Positions 25,658 through 38,050 of a stretch of 64,000 bases of DNA are shown here, piece after piece. Under the pieces are notes generated by a model. That model had not been told where the DNA came from and made no database searches. It saw only the letters and a list, made by a program, of their open reading frames with translations. The first letter of the stretch is position 1; every line of letters begins with the position of its first letter. A program made the translations under genes and the position numbers. The stretch spans positions 9,922,001 through 9,986,000 of the forward strand of contig CM075991.1 in NCBI GenBank assembly GCA_038087875.1. Direction: 5' to 3'. Source of the stretch: Malacoraja senta. Taxonomy: Eukaryota.

Positions 25658-26348
25658 GATGGAGTCTGAGAAGCTGTTACATCAGTAACCAAGGGCTTCC
25701 TGATGCAAACCAAGGGGAGGAGGACCGGTGCAGTATACGGAAGTGGAAGGTATATCAGCATTTGCAGAGATGGAGGAAGAGGCAGTGCGTCACCTTTGGA
25801 GGAGCTGATGTGGATTTGAGATGAACATGCTTCAAATCACCTCAGTGATGGACAGCGGTGATTATGGCTTTCTGGTCATTAAGGAAATCTGAAGGAATCA
25901 TAGAGAGATGCAGCAAAGTAACAGGCTCTGCTGCTCACCGAGTGGGTTGCTGGACCATAACTACCCAGTTACACTAATCCTATATTACTCCCATATGATT
26001 CTCAGCTACAATGCACCACAAAGCTGAGATCTATATTCGCCACTCTTTACCTTCCTCGTTGCTCAATTTATCGTACTTGAGTTTGAACAAACTCTCTGTC
26101 TAGCAAATCTGATCCGTTGGGATAGCAGGCAAAACCAGACGTTTCACTTGTACCACAGCATAGTCATAGAGTGGTACAGCATGGAAACAGGCCCTTCGGC
26201 CCAACTTGCCCACGCCGACCAACGTGCCCCATCTACACTAGTCCCACCTGTCCTATCCATGTGCCTGTCCACACGTTTCTTAAACGTTTCGAAAGTCTCT
26301 GCCTCAACGACCTCCTCGTTGCATACACCCACCACCCTTTGTGTGAAC

Positions 26349-26626
26349 GAAATAGGCAACGTTTCGGGCCGAAACCCTTCTTCAGACTGGAGGAAATAGG
26401 CAACCGTTTCGGGCCGAAACCCTTCTTCAGACTGGAGGAAATAGGCAACGTTTCGGGCCGAAACCCTTCTTCAGACTGGGAGGAAATAGGCAACGTTCGG
26501 GCCGAAACCCGGAAGGGTTTCGGCCCGAAACGTTGCCTATTTCCTTCGCTCCATAGATGCTGCTGCACCCGCTGAGTTTCTCCAGCACTTTTGTCTACCT
26601 TCGATTTCCAGCATCTGCAGTTCCTT
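26349..26626. repeat. Tandem array of ~44-bp hammerhead-motif units (-) joined to an inverted pLTR (+)
   Basis: gaaataggcaacgtttcgggccgaaacccttcttcagactggag x3 plus a partial fourth copy, then the reverse complement. Confidence 0.9.
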
Positions 26627-27129
26627 CTTGAACCCTTTGCGTGAAAATGTTAATGTGACAATAATGAACCTCTGCAGATTCTACCTCTACCTTACACTCC
26701 AGGGTCTAGTTACAGTGCTGGAATGGGAGCAGGTGAGTAGCGCCATGGTCCACCACCACTGCAGTACACACACAACAGCGGGCGAGAGGGCCAGGGTGTG
26801 GATATTCCTTGGAGATACTCCCAGCTGATCTGGAGGTTCAGTTGAATTCAGTTCGGTTTCGTTCATTGTCACGTGCACCGAGGTACAGTGAAAAGCTTTT
26901 GTTGCGTGCTAAACCAGCCAGCAGGAGGACAATACATGATTACAATCGAGCCGTCACAGCGTACAGATACATGATAAGGATTCGGTGGAAGTGACTGGAG
27001 AGTGATGACTACTTCGATGATCGGTCCGAGGAAAACTGATCACAATTGATTAATAGAACTATTTCAACATTTTAATAGAGGTGTTCTTGCCCACCCTAGG
27101 TCTGTCTCCTCTCATGGCTCTAAATAAAG

Positions 27130-27975
27130 CACTACTTGCCTCTTCAGTGGCTTGTACTGCCTCGTTGCCCCACAGCTTGGTTTGGGAACAGCTCTGTCCA
27201 AGACCACAAGAAATTGCAGAGTTGTAGATAGATGTAGCCCGTCCATCACACACAGACCACACTCCCCACCACTGATTCTAGCTACACTTCACGCTGCCTC
27301 GGAAAAAAACAGCCAACTCAATCAAAGATACAGTGGCGCAGCGGTGGAGTTGAGGCCTTACAGCGCCATAATCCCAGGTTCGATCCTGACTGTGGGGTGC
27401 TGTCTGTATGGAGTTTGCACGTTCTCCCTGCGACCGCGTGGATTTTCTCTGAGTGCTTCAGTTTCCTCCTACATTCCAAGACGTGCAGGTTTGTAGGTTT
27501 ACTGGCTCCTGTAAATTGTCCCCTATTGTGTAGGATAGTGCTAGTGCACATGGTAATCGGCTGGTCGACGTGGACTTGGTGGGCAGTTCCGCACTGTAAA
27601 CTAAAACAAACTTGTCCCACCTGCTCCCCATCGGGGCAGAAGATGGGGGCACGCTTCATCAGGCTCAGGAACAGCCACTTCCCCTCTGCTATCAAGAATC
27701 TGAACAGTCCTTCCATAAGCTGGGGTAGTTAAACTGTTCAAGAAGGAACTGCAGATGCTGGAAAATCGAAGGTAGACAACATTGCTGGAGAAACTCAGCT
27801 GGGGTAGTGTCTGATTCATCTCTCCCTCATTGCAGACATTGGACTTAGTCTCTGGAACTGTGTGCTACAATGCTGAGAACTATATTCTGCCAACCTGTAT
27901 CTTCCCCTTTGCTCTACCTATTGTACTTGAGTTTGACTTGATTGCATTTAAGTATGGTATATCTAATCATTTGGA
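27130..27975 (+). mobile_element. Old Rex1-like fragment with nested V-SINE (27328-27605) and pLTR (27740-27800)
   Basis: RLRNSHFPSAIKNLN motif; SINE consensus. Confidence 0.7.
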
Positions 27976-28696
27976 TCATAAGGTCATAAGTGATAGGAGC
28001 AGAATTAGGCCATTCTGCCCATCAAGTCTACTCCCGCCATTCAATCATGGCCTGATCTATCTCTCCCTCCTAACCCCATTCTCCTGCCATCTCGCCATAA
28101 CCCTTGACACCCGTAGTTTATATGTATTTTATATGTTAGCCTGTCCTCTCTGCTTACCAAAGCACACGGTTCTTCTGACCCATTGGGAAGACGGTAGGAG
28201 CAAAGAACTGCAGATGCTGGTTTAAACCAAAGATAGACACAAAATGTTGGAGTAACTCAGCGGGTCAGGCAGCATCTCTGGAGAGAAGGAATGGGTTGAC
28301 GTTTCGGGGCGAGACCCTTCTTCAGACGCATTTTATACTGAGATAGCATGCAAAAGAAAACTATTCACTGTACCTCGGTACATGTGACAATAAAAAACAA
28401 TAAACCTGCAGCAACATAAACCAGACAATAATAATCACAGCTCTCAATGCCATCTCCAGATACGTATGTATTTCCCATGAGATCATAGGCCTGCTCATAA
28501 CAAATTGCAACTCATTCTCCTTTTCACTCGGCAAGCTCCAGTCTGCTTGCTGTTTCCTTGCAAAGCCATTCGTCAATTCTGGTGCGTCTCCTGGTCTAAA
28601 CCCCCAGGAGTTTCCCCGTGAGGGCTCGTCGGCGCCCGGCTCCGAGAGGGGAACCTTTCCACGTGCAATCCGACCAGGAGGGATTTCTTTCTCCGC

Positions 28697-28970
28697 GACA
28701 CGGTGGCGCAGAGGTAGAGTTGCTGCCTCACAGCGCCAGAGACCCGGGTTCGATCCTGACTACGGGTGCTGTCTGTACGGAGTTTGCAACGTTCTCCCCG
28801 TGACCCTGCGTGGGTTTTCTCCAAGATCTTTGGTCTCCTCCCACACTCCAAGACATACAGGTTTGTAGGTGAATTGGCTTGGTGTAAATGTAAAATTGTT
28901 CCTAGTATGTGTAGGGTAGTGTTAATGTGCAGGATGGCTGGTCGACGCGGAATCAGTGGGCCAAAGGGTG
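28697..28970 (+). mobile_element. V-SINE (HE1-like)
   Basis: A box TGGCGCAGAGG, B box GGTTCGATCC. Confidence 0.88.
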
Positions 28971-29109
28971 GTATAATTATAAATTTCCCTAGTGTGTGTA
29001 GGATAGTGCTGGGTCGCTGGTCAGCGTGGGCTTGCTGGGCCTGAGTTATTTGTCTTTGCAAATAAGTTCAAGAACTAAGACAGCTCTTCCAGACATCATC
29101 TTTATTCAT

Positions 29110-29355
29110 TTTCACACAGAGAGTGGTGAATCTGTGGAATTTCTGCCACAGAAGGTAAGTTGAGGCCAGTTCATTGGCTATATTTAAGAGAGAGTTAGAT
29201 GTGGCCCTTGTGGCTAAAGGGATCAGGGGGTATGGAGAGAAGGCAGGTACAGGATACCGAGTTGGATGATTAGCCCATGATCATATTGAATGGCAGTGCA
29301 GGCTCGAAGGGCCGAATGGCCTACTCCTGCATCTATTTTGTATGTTTCTATGTTT
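29110..29355 (+). mobile_element. Young CR1 3' end
   Basis: Tail family match. Confidence 0.88.
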
Positions 29356-29777
29356 CCCTAGCCCTGGTCTGATGGCTTTCAGCTCCTCCACACTTAAACC
29401 TCATGGCAAGAGAAGTATCTTTAAGCAGAACACCTTGGCTGCCCTTAAGGTTTAGGTTAGGTCTAATATGTCACATGTACCAAAGTACAGTGAAAAACGT
29501 AATGTGTTTAACATGTTCTCTCTGCTTACCAAACCCCACGGTTCTTCTGACCCAATGGAAGATGGTAGGAGCAAAGAACTGCAGATGCTGGTTAACACAC
29601 AATAAGGACACAATGTGCTGGAGTAACTCAGCAGGTCGGGCAGCATCTGTGGAGAAAAGGTGCTGGAGTAACACAAGTAACTCTCTGGAGATAATGGATA
29701 GTGACGTTTCGGGTCAAGATCACCTAACCATGTGCTCCACAGATGAACCTGACCTGCTGAGTTACTCTGGCACTTTG

Positions 29778-30080
29778 TTTAGTTCAGCTTAGATTGGAGA
29801 AACAGGCCCTTCGGCCCATTCGAGTCCACACGACCAGTGATCCCCGCACATTAACACTACCTAACACACACTAGGAACAATCTTACATTCACACCAAGCT
29901 GATTAACCTACAACCTGTACAATCTTTGGAGTGTGGGAGGAAACCGGAGATCCCGGAGGAAACCACGCAGGTCACGGGGAGAACGTACAAACTCCGCACA
30001 GACAGAACCCGTAGTCAGGATCGAACCCTGGGTCTCTGACGCTGTACGACAGCAACTCTTCGCTGCGCCACCGTGCCACC
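29778..30080 (-). mobile_element. V-SINE (HE1-like)
   Basis: Reverse-complement consensus. Confidence 0.85.
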
Positions 30081-31709
30081 CTTGGCATTCTTCTGACTCG
30101 TTAGAAGGTTTCAAGGTCAGTTTGTTGTCAAATGTACCAGTTAAGTGAATGGCAGAACAAAGATGGTAGAACATAGAACTGCAGATGTTGCTTGGTGCAC
30201 AAAAGGAGTCAAAGTACTGAGTAACTCAGCAGGTCAGCCAGCGTCCGTGGGGAACATGGATAGGTGACGTTTCGGGTCAAGGTATGTAACGCCACCTAAC
30301 CATGTTCTCCAGAGATGCTGCCTGACCTGCTGAGTTACTCCATTTAGAAGCCAGTGGAGACTGCTGGCTGGACAGGGGAGGAGCAGTGGAGACCAGTAGC
30401 ACAGCTAATTGAGCGATACGCCTCACAAGGCAGAAGTGATGTCCCCTGGCAATTAAGCAAGAAAGGTCGCGGTCTCTGAGGGTAACAGAGCCCAGATTGT
30501 TAAAGCCAGGAGCCGGCCTTGAACCGATAAATCCCAGCTGCTCCTGTCAATAGCATCAAGCTCACCGATCTAATCAATGGCTATTTACCTTGCAGCTCCT
30601 CATTATCTTAACTGTTAAAAGCCACCGTAGGAGCAGCTGGAGAGGGTATAATGCAACGTAGGTGGGATAGACACAATGATACCAGGTTCCAAGCACTGAG
30701 AAAAAGTAACACGATACAGTTAAGCAGTAGAAGGCCACATATCAGAGATACCACAATACTAATGAGGAAGTTTTCTTTCTCTTCCCCATCCCCCCAACCA
30801 CCCTCCCCATGTCCCTGTCAGCTGTCCAGGCTGTTCACCTGACATATTCTTTTCTATTTTCCTATCAACTTTGACATAGTCCATGAGTTCATAAGTTATA
30901 GGAGCAGAATTAGGCCATTCGGCCCATCTACTCTGCCATTCAAACATGGCTGATCTATATTTTTCCCCTCAACCCCATTCTCCTGCCCTCCCCCGTTAAC
31001 CCCCCGACACCCGTACTAATCAAGGATCTGTCAATTATCCATTGAACTTGGCCTCCGTAGCTGTCCGTGGCAAATAATTCCACAGATTCACCATCTATTC
31101 TTTGGGGGGGGTTTGGCTTTCTATTCCCATTTAAAATAATCGAGAGAGATAGAGCACAGAAAGAAACATTGTCCCACTGAGTACTTGCCAACCATCAACC
31201 ACCCATTCACAGTACTCCTGCATTAAAACCATTTTATTCTTCCCACAGGGCCTATCCGTACCTCCCAGATTTCTACCACACCTACACACTAGGGAACATT
31301 TACTGCATCCTGAAGTGTTCACTCCGTCTCTCTTTCTACAGATGCTTCCGGATCTGAGTATTTTCAGCATTTTCTGTTTTCTGTCAGCGCCAAAACGTGG
31401 CGACACTTGTGTACTGCCTAGGTGAGGTCCCCTACATGAATTTTACCGGGTTGCATGCAAAACAAAGCATTTCACTGTATCTCCGTACATGTGGCCATGA
31501 AGTATCACTGAATCACTGAGAGGAATTTTGTGTTAGATTTCCCATCATCTGCAGGTTTTTTTTCTATGTTTACTTAATAGTGGTTTGGTACTGCTTTGAG
31601 GGACAGGATAGACCTGATGGGCCAAATGGCCACTCTTTTCTGTCAAATAGCGATAAGAAATATAGTAACTGAACTGGAAATTAGTACTGCTTTAAGTTCT
31701 TCCTCTTTC

Positions 31710-32794
31710 CTTACTTACTTATTGCCTGTTCAGCCTCTGGCATGTAGGGCAGCAATGAAGGTCCTCACTCCTGTCTGTTCTGAGCTAGCTTCTGGACACC
31801 ACCCCAGGTCATGGTCCATTGTTTTCATTTCCTCCTCTACAGTTCGACACCAGGTGGTTTTGGGTCTCCCTCTTTTCCTTTTCCCTTCCGGTGTCCAGGA
31901 CTCTCTCTAACAATACAGGTGCACAGTAGAGAGCATGCTGACCGGTTGCATCGTGGCTTGGTTCAGCAACTTGAGCGCCCTGGAGAGAAAAAGACTACAA
32001 AAGAGTAGTAAACACTGCCCAGTCCATCATCGGCTCTGACCTCCCTTCCATCGAGGGGATCTATCGCCGTCGCTGCCTCAAAAGGCTGGCAGCATCATCA
32101 AGGACCCACACCATCCTGGCCACACACTCATCTCCCCGCTACCTTCAGGTAGAAGGTACAGGAGCCTGAAGACTGCAACGACCAGGTTCAGGAATAGCTA
32201 CTTCCCCACAGCCATCAGACAAGGAAACTCGGCTCAGACTAAACTCTGAACATTAATAGACCATTATCTGTTTATTTGCACTTTATCTGTTTATTTTTTA
32301 TTCATAAGTGTATATATTTATATAATGGGATATGGACACTGATCTGTTCTGTATTCATGCCTACTATGTTCTGTTGTGCTGAAGCAAAGCAAGAATTTCA
32401 TTGTCCTACCAGGGACACATGACAATAAACTCTCTTGCAGGGCTATTCTTGGGGTGCTGTCTAGTTCTCTTCTCGGCATATGCCTTTCGGCTTTCACCAT
32501 TGACATTCATCCCAGCATCTGTCGATAGCCCTGGAAGTCCATCACGCCCAGTAGTGTTGATTCCTTCAGTTGCTGTTTCCGTAACATATTTGTTTTACGA
32601 GACAGGGTTGTTAGCCCTGTGCCTCAACCTCCAACCTGGAGGACCAGTGGATCGCTCTTCGTCTCGCCTCTACCCTTCGACCTGTCCAGCATGGGAGACC
32701 CTAACAGGAGACGAATCTCCCGCTGGCATAAGCTCTAGGGGTCACTGAGACACACAAGCTCCCGACCGCGACAAGGTTGCAATCCAACGGGGAG
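31710..32794 (-). mobile_element. Bipartite non-autonomous RTE element (5' UTR + ORF C-terminus), interrupted by Rex1
   Basis: 10-bp TSD ttcctctttc (31700-31709, 32795-32804); joining across the insert gives HMPRRELDSTPRIAL|SWTPEGKRKRGRPKTTW; (TAAG)n tail; RTE-type 5' motif ACCTTGTCGCGGT. Confidence 0.82.
31901..32437 (+). mobile_element. Rex1/Babar LINE 3' fragment
   Basis: AQSIIGSDLPSIEGIY...IIKDPHHPGHTLISPLPSGRRYRSL; tail gacaataaa. Confidence 0.85.
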
Positions 32795-33440
32795 TTCCTC
32801 TTTCGTTAGATGGGGAAAAATTGATGTAGAAAATTAAACAGTACCTGCGATTAACTCAGGAGCGTACGTGGGGTGACCACAGTCCATGTTTCTAACAGTC
32901 CGTGGTGTTTTTATTTATTGTCCATGAGTCAGGTTTATTGACTCCTAAGCCTGGCAGAGTCTCGATGTGTAGATTTAATTGTAAACTCTGAACAATCTGG
33001 CTGAAACCTTTCTACTTCTGACCCTTGGATAACACCGTGGGATGTTTTCCGACAACTTTGTTCAGATTTTTCCGGTGTTTCCAAAAAGGTGTTTGGATCT
33101 GTGCTTTCCCAAAATCCAAGAGAGGTGTTGATGGATTTACAGAGGTTTCATGACAAAAACACCAGTTGGTGACAATAAAACTAATCATGAGCAAAGGGCC
33201 TCAGGCAAAAGTGAGTCACTGGCTCTGGTATTATGATGGTGTGCTTATTTTTTTTCCCCGCAAAAGCTACCTCCCCCAAGCCCTGCCAGTGGTGTTAATG
33301 GGAGTGATTTCCTCCCGGGCCCACACCTGACTGTGTTACAACAGAGCATAGAGTCATACAGGAAACAGGCGTGGAAACAAGCCCTTCGGCCCAACTTGCC
33401 CACACCGACCGACATGCCTCATCTGCACTAGTCCCACCTG

Positions 33441-33858
33441 TTTAAGAAAGAGCTGCAGATGCTGGTAAAATTGAAGGTAGACACAAAATGCTGGAGAAAC
33501 TCGGCGGGTGAGGCAGCATCTGTGGACAGAAGGAGGGTCTCGACCTGAAACGTCGCCAATTCCTTCTCTCCATAGATGCTGCCTCACCCGCTGAGTTTCT
33601 CCAGCATTTTGTGTCTACCTTCGATTTTACCAGCATCTGCAGTTCTTTCTTAAACATTTCGTCCACTCCAGAGCGAAATCTCCTCAAGGTATGTCTACTT
33701 TGAAGAACTTCTCCTCCTCTCTCACTGCTCCCCCTCTGTGATTCCTCCTTCCCTCCGACAAGTGTCTGAAGAAGGGCCTCGACCCGAAACGTCGCCAATT
33801 CCTTCCCTACATAGATGCTGCCTCACCCGCTGAGTTTCTCCAACCATTTTGTGCCTAC
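33441..33858 (+). mobile_element. Mini Penelope-like element: inverted pLTR + pLTR-spacer-pLTR
   Basis: 13-bp TSD ctagtcccacctg (33428-33440, 33859-33871) inside an older CR1. Confidence 0.85.
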
Positions 33859-33892
33859 CTAGTCCCACCTGCCCGCGTTTGGCCCTTTATCC

Positions 33893-35086
33893 CTCTAAGG
33901 GGCAGGCCATTCAGAACTGAGATGAGGAAAAAACGTTTTCACCCAGAGAGTTGTGAATCTGTGGAATTCTCTGCCACTGAAGGCAGTGGAGGCCAATTCA
34001 CTGGATGTATTCAGGAGAGAGTTGGATAGAGCTCGGAGGGCTAACGGAATCAAGGGATATGGGGAGAAAGCCGGAATAGGGTACTGATTCTGGATGATCA
34101 GCCATGATTATATTGAATGGCCATGCTGGCTCGAAGGGCCGAATGGCCTACTCCTGCACCTATTTTTTTATGTTTCTATGTTTCTATGTTCCTAAACCTG
34201 TCCTAACCATGCAACATAGAACAGTTCAGCACCAGAACAGGCCCTTCGGCCCACAATATCTGTGCTCTGATATGATGCTGAAATCAACTCTTAAACAAGG
34301 AACCGCAGATGCTGGTTTACACAAAAGGACACAAAGAGCTGGAGTAACTCAACTGGTTAGGCAGCGTCTCTGGAGAAAGAATGTATGATACTTTATTATC
34401 AGATGTGACATGTCGCAGTGAAATTCTTTGTGTTGCGTACCATACACAAAGTATGCAAAGAGTCGCCACATATAAATTTCCAAAAGTGTTCAATGTAGCC
34501 ACCCCCCCCCCTCCCCCCCTCCCCCCCCCAAGCCCGGTCCACATGGATAAGTGATGTTTCAGGTCAAGACCCTTCTTCAGACATTGAAAGGCTGACAGAT
34601 TGAGGGGAAACTAAGTCTGGGAGAGGGGAATACACGACAAAGCCTGGCAAGCTAGAGGGTGTGAGAGGTTGCGTAGGCTGGGTCTCTATTCCATGGAGCG
34701 CAGGAGGATGAGGGGTGATCTGATAGAAGTGTATAAAATCCTGAGCGGAATAGATCGGGTCGATGCACAGAGTCTCTTGCCCCGAGTAGGGGAATCGAGG
34801 ACCAGAGGACATGGGTTCAAGGTGAAGCGGGAAAAGATTTAATAAGAATCTGAGGGGTAACTTTTTCACACAAAGGGTGGCGGGTGCATGGAACGAGCTG
34901 CCAGAGGAGGTAGTTGAGGCTGAGACAATCCCAACGTTTAGGAAACAGTCAGACAGGTACATGGATAGGACAAGTTTGGAGTGGATATGGGCCAAACACA
35001 GGCAGGTGGGACCAGTGTAACTGGGACATTGTTGGCCGATTGGGCAAGTTGGGCCGAAAGGCCTGTTTGTACACTCTATGACTCTA
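33893..35086 (+). mobile_element. CR1 3' fragments (33893-34190, 34663-35086) with intervening pLTR pieces
   Basis: CR1 ORF2 C-terminal motifs and tails. Confidence 0.8.
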
Positions 35087-35894
35087 GGTGATAGGTGAAC
35101 ACAGGTGATGGGGGGTTGATAGATACATGGCTACATTATCTATATCCTTCAATTCCCTGCACATCCACATGCCTATCAAAAACCCTCTTAAATACCGCTA
35201 TCGTGTCTGCCTCCACCACTACCCCTGGCACTCACCGCCCTCTGTGTTAAAAAATACCAATGATACAGATTGACACCAATATCACGGTGTACAAATTGGA
35301 GAGACGGGAGATGGCAAAGTGCTGTAATAATCTGCACAAAATACGTGGCGAAATCAAGCAGGATTCATCTGATTACCTGGCTATCTGCTAGCAGCCTTTG
35401 GAAGCTTTACTGAAGACATTCTTACCCTACTTTGTGCCCCTATCAGCCGACTGACCTGCGCAAGGAATGTTCTAGGATATAAATTATTTTATTTTGCAAA
35501 AAGCTGCAAGACGTAATGAAAAGTGAAATTTGATAGGTCGGTGCCCTTGGGGACAGTTCAATAACCGCGGTGTATTCGGATAGACCACTCAGTTTGCCTA
35601 CATTACAATTCACAGGACGGCAATTAAACATTTTCTCTTGCTGTATCTCTAAAGTCGAAAGTCTAAAAGGCTTCAGAGAGAGGGTGGAGTATGATCTTCA
35701 CAAACATCATATTGGACATATGTGGGTATGCATATCAGGAAAGGATGAATAACCATGCATCTCTTCTTCTGAAGAAAGAGAGCAGAGGTCTTTGGAATGA
35801 TAGAGACACAAGGAACTGCAGATACTGGTTTACAATAAAAGGCACAAAGTGCTGGAGTAAGGCAGCATCTCTGGAGAACATGGGTAGTCTGAAC

Positions 35895-36274
35895 AATGGT
35901 CGTGAGTAGTCTCCTCAGTCGCCCAAAGAGCCGTAACGTCTTTCTGGTAGCCAAAAATGTATCAACATGTTGAAAAAATTTCGGCGACAGTGGCAACTTT
36001 GTGTTTGACGCCAAATGAGCGTAGCTTGACGTAGGTGTTGTCGTAGGTTGTCGCCAGGTTAATGTAGGCAGTCGTCGGTTGACGCCAGATGTCGTAGGTT
36101 GTCGCCGGTGCTGACTTTGGTGAATTTCAACGTCGTATTCGCCGGCTGTCGCCTAAAAAAATCGCCTTAGTGGGACAGGCCCATTAGTCCAGTCGCCGTT
36201 TTTTCAGCGACCTGCTACGACCATGACAGCCGCCGGCAGTCGCCGAAAAAAATCGCCTAAGTGGGACAGGCCCA
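35895..36274. mobile_element. PIF/Harbinger-like MITE remnant with duplicated right end
   Basis: AGTGGGACAGGCCCA followed by TTA (36183) and by TAA (36274); CpG-rich gtcgcc/gtcgta subterminal repeats. No left TIR found. Confidence 0.5.
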
Positions 36275-36667
36275 TAAGATGCAACTGTGAAACGTCACCT
36301 ATTCCTTTTCTCCAGAGAGGCTGCCTGATCCGCTGAGTTACTCCAGCTTTTTGTGTCGAGAATTGGTTCTGGAGTAGGGTGGGCATGTATACCCTCATTC
36401 CATGTTGCACCCTCCATGATATAAACATGTTCGAGCTGCTTGGTGGGATGGAGGGAAGGAAAAGGTGGACACCTAGTGGAGGCGTCGGCAGGAAGCTGAA
36501 AGACGGGAAGGGCAAGTGTACCGTTAGGGAAGGGCTTTAAGAAGCTGGACACAAAATGCTGGAGTAACCCAGCCAGGCAGGCAGCATCTCTGAATAGAAA
36601 GAATGGGTGACGTTTCGAGTCGAGACCCTTCTTCAGACTGGTTTGAATCAGTCCAAAGAAGGGTCTC

Positions 36668-37203
36668 AAGTCAAGTCAAGAGATTTTATTGCCCGAAACG
36701 TTACCTATTTCCTTCGCTCCATAGATGCTGCTGCACCCGCTGAGTTTCTCCAGCATTTTTGTGTACCCAAGAGATTTTATTGTCATGTGTCCCAGATAGG
36801 GCAATGAAATTCTTGCTTTGCTTCAGCACAACAGAACATGTAAACATAATACAGAACAGGAGATAAAAGTTCAGTGTATCTATGTACCATAGACCATATA
36901 TGTACACAATAAATAAACAGATAAATGCAATAGGCTGTTATAGTTCAGAGTTTGTTTGTTGGTGAGTTTAATAGCCTGATGGCTGTGGGGAAGTAGCTGT
37001 TCCTGAACCTCGATGTTGCAGATTTCAAGCTCCTGTACCTTCTTCCCGATGGCAATGGAGAGATGAGTGTGTGGCCAGGATGGTGTGGGTCTTTGATGAT
37101 GTTGGCAGCCTTTTTGAGGCAGCGACTGCGATAGATCCCTCCGATGGTGGGGAGGTCAGAGCCGATGATGGACTGGGCAGTGGTGACAACTATCTGCAAT
37201 CTC
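36668..37203 (-). mobile_element. Rex1/Babar LINE 3' fragment
   Basis: ORF 36945-37199: TAQSIIGSDLP...HPGHTLISPLPSGRRYRSLKSATSRFRNSYFPTAIRLLN; (cttga)n tail. Confidence 0.88.
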
Positions 37204-37283
37204 CACCCGAAAAGTCACCCATTCCTTCTCTCCAAAGATGCTGCCTTAGTTACTCCAAAGTTTTGTGTCCATCTTCGGTGTAA

Positions 37284-37439
37284 ATACTTACCTGGCAGGG
37301 GAGAGACCTTGATCACCAAGGAGGTTCTCCCAGGACGAGGCTATCCCATTGCACTTTGGGTGTGCTGACGCCTGCAATGTCCCCAAATGTGGGATACTCG
37401 ACTGCAACATTTGTGGTAGTGGGGGATTGCGTTCGCGCT
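37284..37439 (+). pseudogene. RNU1: U1 snRNA retropseudogene
   Basis: ATACTTACCTGGCAGGGGAGA...CATTGCAC...ATTTGTGGTAGTGGGGGATTGCGTTCGCGCT. Lacks the last ~7 nt, is followed by an A-rich tract, and has no snRNA promoter (the upstream flank is a repeat). Confidence 0.95.
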
Positions 37440-37458
37440 AAAAAAAAACAAAAAAAAC

Positions 37459-38050
37459 AGACTGATTCCTGGGATGGCAGGACTTTCATATGAAGAGAGA
37501 CTGGATAGACTCGGCTTGTACTCGCTAGAATTTAGAAGATTGAGGGGGATCTTATAGAAACTTACAAAATTCTTAAGGGGTTGGACAGGCTAGATGCAGG
37601 AAGATTATTCCCGATGTTGGGGAAGTCCAGAACAACGGGTCACAGTTTAAGGATAAGGGGGAAGTCTTTTAGGACCGAGATGAGAAAATCATTTTTCACA
37701 CAGAGAGGGATAAATCTGTGGAATTCTCTGCCACGGAAGGTAGTTGAGGCCAGTTCATATTTAAGAGGGAGTTAGATGTGGCCCTTGTGGCTAAAGGGAT
37801 CAGGGGGTATGGAGAGAAGGCAGGCACGGGATACTGAGTTGGATGATCAGCCATGATCATATTGAATGGATTTCAACACTCCACGGTTGAGAAGAAGACT
37901 TTTCACTGCCCTCCACAATCATTCTTTCAATCATTTGAATCCTCCTGTACCCAGGAAAGTTCTTGCTGAGAATAAAGATCACACACACACACATCCAATC
38001 ACCCTCGAAGGGCCGAATGGCCTACTCCTGCACCTATTTTCTATGTTTCT
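37459..38050 (+). mobile_element. Young CR1 3' end fused to the U1 copy
   Basis: RLIPGMAGLSYEERLDRLGLYSLEFRRLRG...; tail ctatgtttct. Confidence 0.9.

Noticed and set aside
26349..26510. CRISPR-like array
   Set aside because: No unique spacers and no cas genes; eukaryotic context; the unit is part of the pLTR.
37284..37439. Functional U1 gene
   Set aside because: No PSE or 3' box, truncated stem-loop IV, A-tail and several substitutions.
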